Part shown: positions 16,201 through 30,100 of the stretch, piece by piece
Numbering within the stretch: position 1 is the first letter of the stretch
Layout: each line of letters starts with the position of its first letter
Source: Paragordius varius
Taxonomy: Eukaryota; Animalia; Nematomorpha
Reading direction: 5' to 3'
Assembly: GCA_964247055.1 (NCBI GenBank)
Contig: OZ176050.1
Location: forward strand, 11,470,001-11,534,000
DNA length: 64,000 bases
Made by a program: the position numbers and the translations under genes
Notes under the pieces: generated by a model
Seen by the model: only the letters and a program-made list of their open reading frames with translations
The model's database searches: none
Told to the model about the DNA's origin: nothing

Positions 16201-19200
16201 GAATGTAAAAAATACCCGTATGAGTATTGTTTATATAAATTTATTGTTAAAATATAATGGCTGAATGTAAAAAATACCCGTATGAGTATGGTTAATATAA
16301 TTTGATTGTTAAAATGTAATAGTTGAATATAATCAATACCCGTATGAGTATTGTTTATATAATTATATTGTTAAAATATAATGGCTGATTGTAAAAAATA
16401 CCCGTATGAGTATGATTAATATAATTTGATTATTAAAATGTAATAGTGGAATGTAATCAATACCCGTATGAGTATTGTTTATATAATTATATTGTTAAAA
16501 TATAATGGCTGAATGTAAACAATACCCGTATGAGTATGGTTAATATAATTTGATTGTTAAAATATAATGGCTGAATGTAAAAATACCCGTATGAGTATGA
16601 TTAATATAATTTGATTGTTAAAATGTAATAGTGGAATATAATCAATACCCGTATGAGTATTGTTTATATAATTATATTGTTAAAATATAATGGCTGAATG
16701 TAAAAAATACCCGTATGAGTATGGTTAATATAATTTGATTGTTAAAATGTAATAGTGGAATGTAATCAATACCCGTATGAGTATTGTTTATATAATTATA
16801 TTGTTAAAATATAATGGCTGAATGTAAAAATACCCGTATGAGTATGATTAATATAATTTGATTGTTAAAATGTAATAGTGGAATATAATCAATACCCGTA
16901 TGAGTATTGTTTATATAATTATATTGTTAAAATATAATGGCTGATTGTAAAAAATACCCGTATGAGTATGATTAATATAATTTGATTATTAAAATGTAAT
17001 AGTGGAATGTAATCAATACCCGTATGAGTATTGTTTATATAATTATATTGTTAAAATATAATGGCTGAATGTAAACAATACCCGTATGAGTATGGTTAAT
17101 ATAATTTGATTGTTAAAATATAATGGCTGAATGTAAAAATACCCGTATGAGTATGATTAATATAATTTGATTGTTAAAATGTAATAGTGGAATGTAATCA
17201 ATACCCGTATGAGTATTGTTTATATAAATTTATTGTTAAAATATAATGGCTGAATGTAAAAAATACCCGTATGAGTATGGTTAATATAATTTGATTGTTA
17301 AAATGTAATAGTGGAATGTAATCAATACCCGTATGAGTATTGTTTATATAATTATATTGTTAAAATATAATGGCTGAATGTAAAAATACCCGTATGAGTA
17401 TGATTAATATAATTTGATTGTTAAAATGTAATAGTGGAATGTAATCCATACCCGTATGAGTATGGTTAATATAATTTGATTGTTAAAATATAATGGCTGA
17501 ATGTAAAAAATACCTGTATGAGTATGATTAATATAATTTGATTGTTAAAATGTAATAGTGGAATATAATCAATACCCGTATGAGTATTGTTTATATAATT
17601 ATATTGTTCAAATATAATGGCTGAATGTAAAAAATACCCGTATGAGTATGGTTAATATAATTTGATTGTTAAAATGTAATAGTGGAATGTAATCAATACC
17701 CGTATGAGTATTGTTTATATAAATTTATTGTTAAAATATAATGGCTGAATGTAAAAAATACCCGTATGAGTATGGTTAATATAATTTGATTGTTAAAATG
17801 TAATAGTGGAATGTAATCAATACCCGTATGAGTATTGTTTATATAATTATATTGTTAAAATATAATGGCTGAATGTAAAAATACCCGTATGAGTATTATT
17901 AATATAATTTGATTGTTAAAATGTAATAGTGGAATATAATCAATACCCGTATGAGTATTGTTTATATAATTATATTGTTAAAATATAATGGCTGAATGTA
18001 AACAATACCCGTATGAGTATGGTTAATATAATTTGATTGTTAAAATATAATGGCTGAATGTAAAAATACCCGTATGAGTATGATTAATATAATTTGATTG
18101 TTAAAATGTAATAGTGGAATATAATCAATACCCGTATGAGTATTGTTTATATAATTATATTGTTAAAATATAATGGCTGAATGTAAAAAATACCCGTATG
18201 AGTATGGTTAATATAATTTGATTGTTAAAATGTAATAGTGGAATATAATCAATACCCGTATGAGTATTGTTTATATAATTATATTGTTAAAATATAATGG
18301 CTGATTGTAAAAAATACCCGTATGAGTATGATTAATATAATTTGATTATTAAAATGTAATAGTGGAATGTAATCAATACCCGTATGAGTATTGTTTATAT
18401 AATTATATTGTTAAAATATAATGGCTGAATGTAAAAATACCCGTATGAGTATTATTAATATAATTTGATTGTTAAAATGTAATAGTGGAATATAATCAAT
18501 ACCCGTATGAGTATTGTTTATATAATTATATTGTTAAAATATAATGGCTGAATGTAAACAATACCCGTATGAGTATGATTAATATAATTTGATTGTTAAA
18601 ATGTAATAGTGGAATGTAATCAATACCCGTATGAGTATTGTTTATATAATTATATTGTTAAAATATAATGGCTGAATGTAAAAATACCCGTATGAGTATT
18701 ATTAATATAATTTGATTGTTAAAATGTAATAGTGGAATATAATCAATACCCGTATGAGTATTGTTTATATAATTATATTGTTAAAATATAATGGCTGAAT
18801 GTAAACAATACCCGTATGAGTATGGTTAATATAATTTGATTGTTAAAATATAATGGCTGAATGTAAAAATACCCGTATGAGTATGATTAATATAATTTGA
18901 TTGTTAAAATGTAATAGTGGAATGTAATCAATACCCGTATGAGTATTGTTTATATAAATTTATTGTTAAAATATAATGGCTGAATGTAAAAAATACCCGT
19001 ATGAGTATGGTTAATATAATTTGATTGTTAAAATGTAATAGTGGAATGTAATCAATACCCGTATGAGTATTGTTTATATAATTATATTGTTAAAATATAA
19101 TGGCTGAATGTAAAAATACCCGTATAGTATGATTAATATAATTTGATTGTTAAAATGTAATAGTGGAATGTAATCCATACCCGTATGAGTATGGTTAATA

Positions 19201-22200
19201 TAATTTGATTGTTAAAATATAATGGCTGAATGTAAAAAATACCTGTATGAGTATGATTAATATAATTTGATTGTTAAAATGTAATAGTGGAATATAATCA
19301 ATACCCGTATGAGTATTGTTTATATAATTATATTGTTAAAATATAATGGCTGAATGTAAAAAATACCCGTATGAGTATGGTTAATATAATTTGATTGTTA
19401 AAATGTAATAGTGGAATGTAATCAATACCCGTATGAGTATTGTTTATATAAATTTATTGTTAAAATATAATGGCTGAATGTAAAAAATACCCGTATGAGT
19501 ATGGTTAATATAATTTGATTGTTAAAATGTAATAGTGGAATGTAATCAATACCCGTATGAGTATTGTTTATATAATTATATTGTTAAAATATAATGGCTG
19601 AATGTAAAAATACCCGTATGAGTATTATTAATATAATTTGATTGTTAAAATGTAATAGTGGAATATAATCAATACCCGTATGAGTATTGTTTATATAATT
19701 ATATTGTTAAAATATAATGGCTGAATGTAAAAAATACCCGTATGAGTATGATTAATATAATTTGATTGTTAAAATATAATGGCTGAATGTAAAAATACCC
19801 GTATGAGTATGATTAATATAATTTGATTGTTAAAATGTAATAGTGGAATATAATCAATACCCGTATGAGTATTGTTTATATAATTATATTGTTAAAATAT
19901 AATGGCTGAATGTAAAAAATACCCGTATGAGTATGATTAATATAATTTGATTGTTAAAATGTAATAGTGGAATGTAATCAATACCCGTATGAGTATTGTT
20001 TATATAATTATATTGTTAAAATATAATGGCTGAATGTAAAAATACCCGTATGAGTATGATTAATATAATTTGATTGTTAAAATGTAATGGTGGAATGTAA
20101 TCAATACCCGTATGAGTATTGTTTATATAAATTTATTGTTAAAATATAATGGCTGAATGTAAAAAATACCCGTATGAGTATGGTTAATATAATTTGATTG
20201 TTAAAATGTAATAGTGGAATGTAATCAATACCCGTATGAGTATTGTTTATATAATTATATTGTTAAAATATAATGGCTGAATGTAAAAATACCCGTATGA
20301 GTATGATTAATATAATTTGATTGTTAAAATGTAATAGTGGAATATAATCAATACCCGTATGAGTATTGTTTATATAATTATATTGTTAAAATATAATGGC
20401 TGAATGTAAAAATACCCGTATGAGTATTATTAATATAGATTGTTAAAATGTAATAGTGGAATATAATCAATACCCGTATGAGTATTGTTTATATAATTAT
20501 ATTGTTAAAATATAATGGCTGAATGTAAAAAATACCCGTATGAGTATGATTAATATAATTTGATTGTTAAAATATAATGGCTGAATGTAAAAATACCCGT
20601 ATGAGTATGATTAATATAATTTGATTGTTAAAATGTAATAGTGGAATATAATCAATACCCGTATGAGTATTGTTTATATAATTATATTGTTAAAATATAA
20701 TGGCTGAATGTAAAAAATACCCGTATGAGTATGATTAATATAATTTGATTGTTAAAATGTAATAGTGGAATGTAATCAATACCCGTATGAGTATTGTTTA
20801 TATAATTATATTGTTAAAATATAATGGCTGAATGTAAAAATACCCGTATGAGTATGATTAATATAATTTGATTGTTAAAATGTAATGGTGGAATGTAATC
20901 AATACCCGTATGAGTATTGTTTATATAAATTTATTGTTAAAATATAATGGCTGAATGTAAAAAATACCCGTATGAGTATGGTTAATATAATTTGATTGTT
21001 AAAATGTAATAGTGGAATGTAATCAATACCCGTATGAGTATTGTTTATATAATTATATTGTTAAAATATAATGGCTGAATGTAAAAATACCCGTATGAGT
21101 ATGATTAATATAATTTGATTGTTAAAATGTAATAGTGGAATATAATCAATACCCGTATGAGTATTGTTTATATAATTATATTGTTAAAATATAATGGCTG
21201 AATGTAAAAAATACCCGTATGAGTATGATTAATATAATTTGATTGTTAAAATGTAATAGTGGAATATAATCAATACCCGTATGAGTATGGTTAATATAAT
21301 TTGATTGTTAAAATGTAATAGTGGAATATAATCAATACCCGTATGAGTATTGTTTATATAATTATATTGTTAAAATATAATGGCTGAATGTAAAAAATAC
21401 CGGTATGAGTATGATTAATATAATTTGATTGTTAAAATGTAATAGTGGAATGTAATCCATACCCGTATGAGTATGGTTAATATAATTTGATTGTTAAAAT
21501 ATAATGGCTGAATGTAAAAAATACCCGTACGAGTATGATTAATATAATTTGATTGTTAAAATGTAATAGTGGAATGTAATCCATACCCGTATGAGTATGG
21601 TTAATATAATTTGATTGTTAAAATATAATGGCTGAATGTAAAAATACCCGTATGAGTATGATTAATATAATTTGATTGTTAAAATGTAATAGTGGAATGT
21701 AATCAATACCCGTATGAGTATTGTTTATATAATTATATTGTTAAAATATAATGGCTGAATGTAAAAATACCCGTATGAGTATGATTAATATAATTTGATT
21801 GTTAAAATGTAATAGTGGAATATAATCAATACCCGTATGAGTATTGTTTATATAATTATATTGTTAAAATATAATGGCTGAATGTAAAAATACCCGTATG
21901 AGTATGATTAATATAATTTGATTGTTAAAATGTAATAGTGGAATATAATCAATACCCGTATGAGTATTGTTTATATAATTATATTGTTAAAATATAATGG
22001 CTGAATGTAAAAAATACCGGTATGAGTATGATTAATATAATTTGATTGTTAAAATGTAATAGTGGAATATAATCAATACCCGTATGAGTATTGTTTATAT
22101 AATTATATTGTTAAAATATAATGGCTGAATGTAAAAAATACCGGTATGAGTATGATTAATATAATTTGATTGTTAAAATGTAATAGTGGAATATAATCAA

Positions 22201-24100
22201 TACCCGTATGAGTATTGTTTATATAATTATATTGTTAAAATATAATGGCTGAATGTAAAAAATACCGGTATGAGTATGATTAATATAATTTGATTGTTAA
22301 AATGTAATAGTGGAATGTAATCCATACCCGTATGAGTATGGTTAATATAATTTGATTGTTAAAATATAATGGCTGAATGTAAAAATACCCGTATGAGTAT
22401 GATTAATATAATTTGATTGTTAAAATGTAATAGTGGAATATAATCAATACCCGTATGAGTATGGTTAATATAATTTGATTGTTATAATATAATGGCTGAA
22501 TGTAAAAAATACCCGTATGAGTATGATTAATATAATTTGATTGTTAAAATGTAATAGTGGAATATAATCAATACCCGTATGAGTATTGTTTATATAATTA
22601 TATTGTTAAAATATAATGGCTGAATGTAAAAAATACCGGTATGAGTATGATTAATATAATTTGATTGTTAAAATGTAATAGTGGAATATAATCAATACCC
22701 GTATGAGTATTGTTTATATAATTATATTGTTAAAATATAATGGCTGAATGTAAAAAATACCGGTATGAGTATGATTAATATAATTTGATTGTTAAAATGT
22801 AATAGTGGAATGTAATCCATACCCGTATGAGTATGGTTAATATAATTTGATTGTTAAAATATAATGGCTGAGTAAAAATACCCGTATGAGTATGATTAAT
22901 ATAATTTGATTGTTAAAATGTAATAGTGGAATGTAATCAATACCCGTATGAGTATTGTTTATATAATTATATTGTTAAAATATAATGGCTGAATGTAAAA
23001 ATACCCGTATGAGTATGATTAATATAATTTGATTGTTAAAATGTAATAGTGGAATATAATCAATACCCGTATGAGTATTGTTTATATAATTATATTGTTA
23101 AAATATAATGGCTGAATGTAAAAAATACCCGTATGAGTATGATTAATATAATTTGATTGTTAAAATGTAATAGTGGAATGTAATCCATACCCGTATGAGT
23201 ATGGTTAATATAATTTGATTGTTAAAATATAATGGCTGAATGTAAAAAATACCTGTATGAGTATGATTAATATAATTTGATTGTTAAAATGTAATAGTGG
23301 AATATAATCAATACCCGTATGAGTATTGTTTATATAATTATATTGTTAAAATATAATGGCTGAATGTAAAAAATACCCGTATGAGTATGGTTAATATAAT
23401 TTGATTGTTAAAATGTAATAGTGGAATGTAATCAATACCCGTATGAGTATTGTTTATATAAATTTATTGTTAAAATATAATGGCTGAATGTAAAAAATAC
23501 CCGTATGAGTATGGTTAATATAATTTGATTGTTAAAATGTAATAGTGGAATGTAATCAATACCCGTATGAGTATTGTTTATATAATTATATTGTTAAAAT
23601 ATAATGGCTGAATGTAAAAATACCCGTATGAGTATGATTAATATAATTTGATTGTTAAAATGTAATAGTGGAATATAATCAATACCCGTATGAGTATTGT
23701 TTATATAATTATATTGTTAAAATATAATGGCTGAATGTAAACAATACCCGTATGAGTATGGTTAATATAATTTGATTGTTAAAATATAATGGCTGAATGT
23801 AAAAAATACCCGTATGAGTATGATTAATATAATTTGATTGTTAAAATGTAATAGTGGAATGTAATCAATACCCGTATGAGTATTGTTTATATAATTATAT
23901 TGTTAAAATATAATGGCTGAATGTAAACAATACCCGTATGAGTATGGTTAATATAATTTGATTGTTAAAATATAATGGCTGAAAAAAATACCCGTATGAG
24001 TATGGTTAATATAATTTGATTGTTAAAATGTAATAGTGGAATATAATCAATACCCGTATGAGTATTGTTTATATAATTATATTGTTAAAATATAATGGCT
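10200..24100. repeat. Satellite domain AB-2 (124-bp dimer)
   Basis: Same A/B alternation as 1-9260. The block starting at 10255 reproduces the rare variants of the block at position 1 (ATAATGATATTGTTATAAT). Confidence 0.95.
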
Positions 24101-27100
24101 GAATGTAAACAATACCCGTATGAGTATGGTTAATATAATTTGATTGCTAAAATAGAATGGCTGAATGTAAGCAATACCCGTATGAGTATGGTTAATATAA
24201 TTTGAATATTAAAATTTAATGGCTGAACGTAAACAATACCCATATGAGTATGGTTAATATAATTTGATTGTTAAGATAGAATGGCTGAATGTAAGCAATA
24301 TCCGTATGAGTATGGTTAATATAATTTGAATATTAAAATTTAATGGCTGAATGTAAGCAATACCCGTATGAGTATGGTTAATATAATTTGATTGTTAAAA
24401 TAGAATGGCTGAATGTAAGCAATACCCGTATGAGTATGGTTAATATAATTTGAATATTAAAATTTAATGGCTGAATGTAAGCAATACCCGTATGAGTATG
24501 GTTAATATAATTTGAATATTAAAATTGAATGGCTGAATGTAAGCAATACCCGTATGAGTATGGTTAATATAATTTGATTGTTAAAATAGAATGGCTGAAT
24601 GTAAGCAATACCCGTATGAGTATGGTTAATAAAATTTGATTGTTAAAATAGAATGGCTGAATGTAAGCAATACCCGTATGAGTATGGTTAATATAATTTG
24701 ATTGTTAAAATATAATGGCTGAATGTAAACAATACCCGTATGAATATGGTTAATATAATTTGATTGTTAAAATAGAATGGCTGAATGTAAGCAATACCCG
24801 TATGAGTATGGTTAATATAATTTGAATATTAAAATTTAATGGCTGAACGTAAACAATACACATATGAGTATGGTTAATATAATTTGATTGTTAAAATAGA
24901 ATGGCTGAATGTAAGCAATACCCGTATGAGTATGGTTAATATAATTTGAATATTAAAATTTAATGAATGAATGTAAGCAATACTAGTATGAGTATGGTTA
25001 ATAAAATTTAAATATTAAAATAGAATGGCTGAATGTAAGCAATACCCGTATGAGTATGGTTAATATAATTTGATTGTTAAAATATAATGGCTGAATGTAA
25101 ACAATACCCGTATGAATATGGTTAATATAATTTGATTGTTAAAATTATGGCTGAATGTAAACAATACCCGTATGAGTATGGTTAATATAATTTGAATATT
25201 AAAATTTAATGGCTGAACGTAAACAATACACATATGAGTATGGTTAATATAATTTGATTGTTAAAATAGAATGGCTGAATGTAAGCAATACCCGTATGAG
25301 TATGGTTAATATAATTTGAATATTAAAATTTAATGAATGAATGTAAGCAATACTAGTATGAGTATGGTTAATATAATTTGATTGTTAAAATTTAATGGCT
25401 GAATGTAAGCAATACCCGTATGAGTATGGTTAATATAATTTGATTGTTAAAATATAATGGCTGAATGTAAACAATACCCGTATGAATATGGTTAATATAA
25501 TTTGATTGTTAAAATAGAATGGCTGAATGTAAGCAATACCCGTATGAGTATGGTTAATATAATTTGAATATTAAAATTTAATGGCTGAACGTAAACAATA
25601 CACATATGAGTATGGTTAATATAATTTGATTGTTAAAATAGAATGGCTGAATGTAAGCAATACCCGTATGAGTATGGTTAATATAATTTGAATATTAAAA
25701 TTTAATGAATGAATGTAAGCAATACTAGTATGAGTATGGTTAATAAAATTTAAATATTAAAATAGAATGGCTGAATGTAAGCAATACCCGTATGAGTATG
25801 GTTAATATAATTTGATTGTTAAAATATAATGGCTGAATGTAAACAATACCCGTATGAATATGGTTAATATAATTTGATTGTTAAAATAGAATGGCTGAAT
25901 GTAAGCAATACCCGTATGAGTATGGTTAATAAAATTTAAATATTAAAATTTAATGGCTGAATGTAAGCAATACCCGTATGAGTATGGTTAATATAATTTG
26001 ATTGTTAAAATAGAATGGCTGAATGTAAACAATTCCCGTATGAGTATGGTTAATATAAATTGATTGTTAAAATAGAATGGCTGAATGTAAACAATACCCG
26101 TATGAGTATGGTTAATATAATTTGATTGTTAAAATAGAATGGCTGAATGTAAGCAATACCCGTATGAGTATGGTTAATATAATTTGATTGTTAAAATAGA
26201 ATGGCTGAATGTAAACAATTCCCGTATGAGTATGGTTAATATAAATTGATTGTTAAAATAGAATGGCTGAATGTAAACAATACCCGTATGAGTATGGTTA
26301 ATATAATTTGATTGTTAAAATTATGGCTGAATGTAAACAATACCCGTATGAGTATGGTTAATATAATTTGATTGTTAAAATAGAATGGCTGAATGTAAGC
26401 AATACCCGTATGAGTATGGTTAATATAATTTGAATATTAAAATTTAATGGCTGAACGTAAACAATACCCATATGAGTATGGTTAATATAATTTGATTGTT
26501 AAAATAGAATGGCTGAATGTAAGCAATACCCGTATGAGTATGGTTAATATAATTTAAATATTAAAATTTAATGGCTGAATGTAAGCAATACCCGTATGAG
26601 TATGGTTAATATAATTTGATTGTTAAAATTATGGCTGAATGTAAACAATACCCGTATGAGTATGGTTAATATAATTTGAATATTAAAATTTAATGGCTGA
26701 ACGTAAACAATACCCATATGTGTATGGTTAATATAATTTGATTTTTAAAATAGAATGGCTGAATGTAAGCAATACCCGTATGAGTATGGTTAATATAATT
26801 TGATTGTTAAAATTATGGCTGAATGTAAACAATACCCGTATGAGTATGGTTAATATTATTTGAATATTAAAATTTAATGAATGAATGTAAGCAATACCCG
26901 TATGAGTATGGTTAATATAATTTGATTGTTAAAATATAATGGCTGAATGTAAGCAATACCCGCATGAGTATGGTTAATATAATTTGATTGTTAAAATAGA
27001 ATGGCTGAATGTAAGCAATACCCGTATGAGTATGGTTAATATTATTTAAATATTAAAATTTAATGAATGAATGTAAGCAATACCCGTATGAGTATGGTTA

Positions 27101-30100
27101 ATATAATTTGATTGTTAAAATATAATGGCTGAATGTAAGCAATACCCGTATGAGTATGGTTAATATAATGTGATTATTAAAATTTAATGGCTGAATGTAA
27201 ACATTACCCGCATGAGTATGGTTAATATAATTTGATTGTTAAAATAGAATGGCTGAATGTAAGCAATACCCGTATGAGTATGGTTAATATAATTTGATTG
27301 TTAAAATAGAATGGCTGAATGTAAGCATTACCCGTATGAGTATGGTTAATATAATTTGATTGTTAAAATATAATGGCTGAATGTAAACAATACCCATATG
27401 AGTATGGTTAATATAATGTGAATATTAAAATTTAATGGCTGAATGTAAACATTACCCGCATGAGTATGGTTAATATAATTTGATTGTTAAAATATAATGG
27501 CTGAATGTAAACAATACCCATATGAGTATGGTTAATATAATGTGAATATTAAAATTTAATGGCTGAATGTAAGCAATACCCGTATGAGTATGGTTAATAT
27601 AATTTGATTATTAAAATTTAATGGCTGAATGTAAGCAATACCCGTATGAGTATGGTTAATATAATTTGATTGTTAAAATAGAATGGCTGAATGTAAGCAA
27701 TACCCGTATGAGTATGGTTAATATAATTTGAATATTAAAATTTAATGGCTGAATGTAAGCAATACCCGTATGAGTATGGTTAATATAATTTGAATATTAA
27801 AATTGAATGGCTGAATGTAAGCAATACCCGTATGAGTATGGTTAATATAATTTGATTGTTAAAATATAATGGCTGAATGTAAACAATACCCGTATGAGTA
27901 TGGTTAATATAATTTGATTGTTAAAATTTAATGGCTGAATGTAAGCAATACCCGTATGAGTATGGTTAATATAATTTGATTGTTAAAATAGAATGGCTGA
28001 ATGTAAGCAATACCCGTATGAGTATGGTTAATATAATTTGAATATTAAAATTTAATGGCTGAACGTAAACAATACACATATGAGTATGGTTAATATAATT
28101 TGATTGTTAAAATAGAATGGCTGAATGTAAGCAATACCCGTATGAGTATGGTTAATATAATTTGATTGTTAAAATATAATGGCTGAATGTAAACAATACC
28201 CGTATGAGTATGGTTAATATAATTTGATTGTTAAAATAGAATGGCTGAATGTAAGCAATACTAGTATGAGTATGGTTAATATAATTTGATTGTTAAAATT
28301 TAATGGCTGAATGTAAGCAATACCCGTATGAGTATGGTTAATATAATTTGATTGTTAAAATAGAATGGCTGAATGTAAGCAATACCCGTATGAGTATGGT
28401 TAAAATAATTTGATTGTTAAAATAGAATGGCTGAATGTAAGCAATACCCGTATGAGTATGGTTAATATTATTTGAATATTAAAATTTAATGAATGAATGT
28501 AAGCAATACCCGTATGAGTATGGTTAATATAATTTGATTGTTAAAATATAATGGCTGAATGTAAGCAATACCCGTATGAGTATGGTTAATATAATGTGAT
28601 TATTAAAATTTAATGGCTGAATGTAAACATTACCCGCATGAGTATGGTTAATATAATTTGATTGTTAAAATAGAATGGCTGAATGTAAGCAATACCCGTA
28701 TGAGTATGGTTAATATTATTTGAATATTAAAATTTAATGGCTGAGCGTAAACAATACCTATATGAGTATGGGAAATATAATTTGATTGTTAAAATAGAAT
28801 GCCTGAATGTAAACAATACCCGTATGAGTATGGTTAATATAATTTGATTGTTAAAATTATGGCTGAATGTAAACAATACCCATATGAGTATGGTTAATAT
28901 AATTTGATTGTTAAAATAGAATGGCTGAATGTAAGCAATACCCGTATGAGTATGGTTAATATAATGTGATTATTAAAATTTAATGGCTGAATGTAAACAT
29001 TACCCGCATGAGTATGGTTAATATAATTTGATTGTTAAAATAGAATGGCTGAATGTAAGCAATACCCGTATGAGTATGGTTAATATTATTTGAATATTAA
29101 AATTTAATGGCTGAACGTAAACAATACCTATATGAGTATGGGAAATATAATTTGATTGTTAAAATAGAATGGCTGAATGTAAACAATACCCGTATGAGTA
29201 TGGTTAATATAATTTGATTGTTAAAATAGAATGGCTGAATGTAAACAATACCCGTATGAGTATGGTTAATATAATTTGATTGTTAAAATAGAATGGCTGA
29301 ATGTAAGCAATACCCGTATGAGTATGGTTAATATAATTTTAATATTAAAATTTAATGGCTGAATGTAAGCAATACCCGTATGAGTATGGTTAATATAATT
29401 TGAATATTAAAATAAAATGGCTGAATGTAAGCAATACCCGTATGAGTATGGTTAATATAATTTGATTGTTAAAATATAATGGCTGAATGTAAGCAATACC
29501 CGTATGAGTATGGTTAATATAATTTGATTGTTAAAATAGAATGGCTGAATGTAAGCAATACCCGTATGAGTATGGTTAATATAATTTGATTGTTAAAATT
29601 TAATGGCTGAATGTAAGCAATACCCGTATGAGTATGGTTAATATAATTTGATTGTTAAAATAGAATGGCTGAATGTAAACAATACCCATATGAGTATGGT
29701 TAATATAATTTGATTGTTAAAATATAATGGCTGAATGTAAACAATACCCGTATGAGTATGGTTAATATAATTTGATTGTTAAAATTTAATGGCTGAATGT
29801 AAGCAATACCCGTATGAGTATGGTTAATATAATTTGAATATTAAAATTTAATGAATGAATGTAAGCAATACCCGTATGAGTATGGTTAATATAATTTGAT
29901 TATTAAAATTTAATGGCTGAATGTAAGCAATACCCGTATGAGTATGGTTAATATAATTTGATTGTTAAAATTTAATGGCTGAATGTAAGCAATACCCGTA
30001 TGAGTATGGTTAATATAATTTGATTGTTAAAATAGAATGGCTGAATGTAAGCAATACCCGTATGAGTATGGTTAATATAATTTGATTGTTAAAATAGAAT

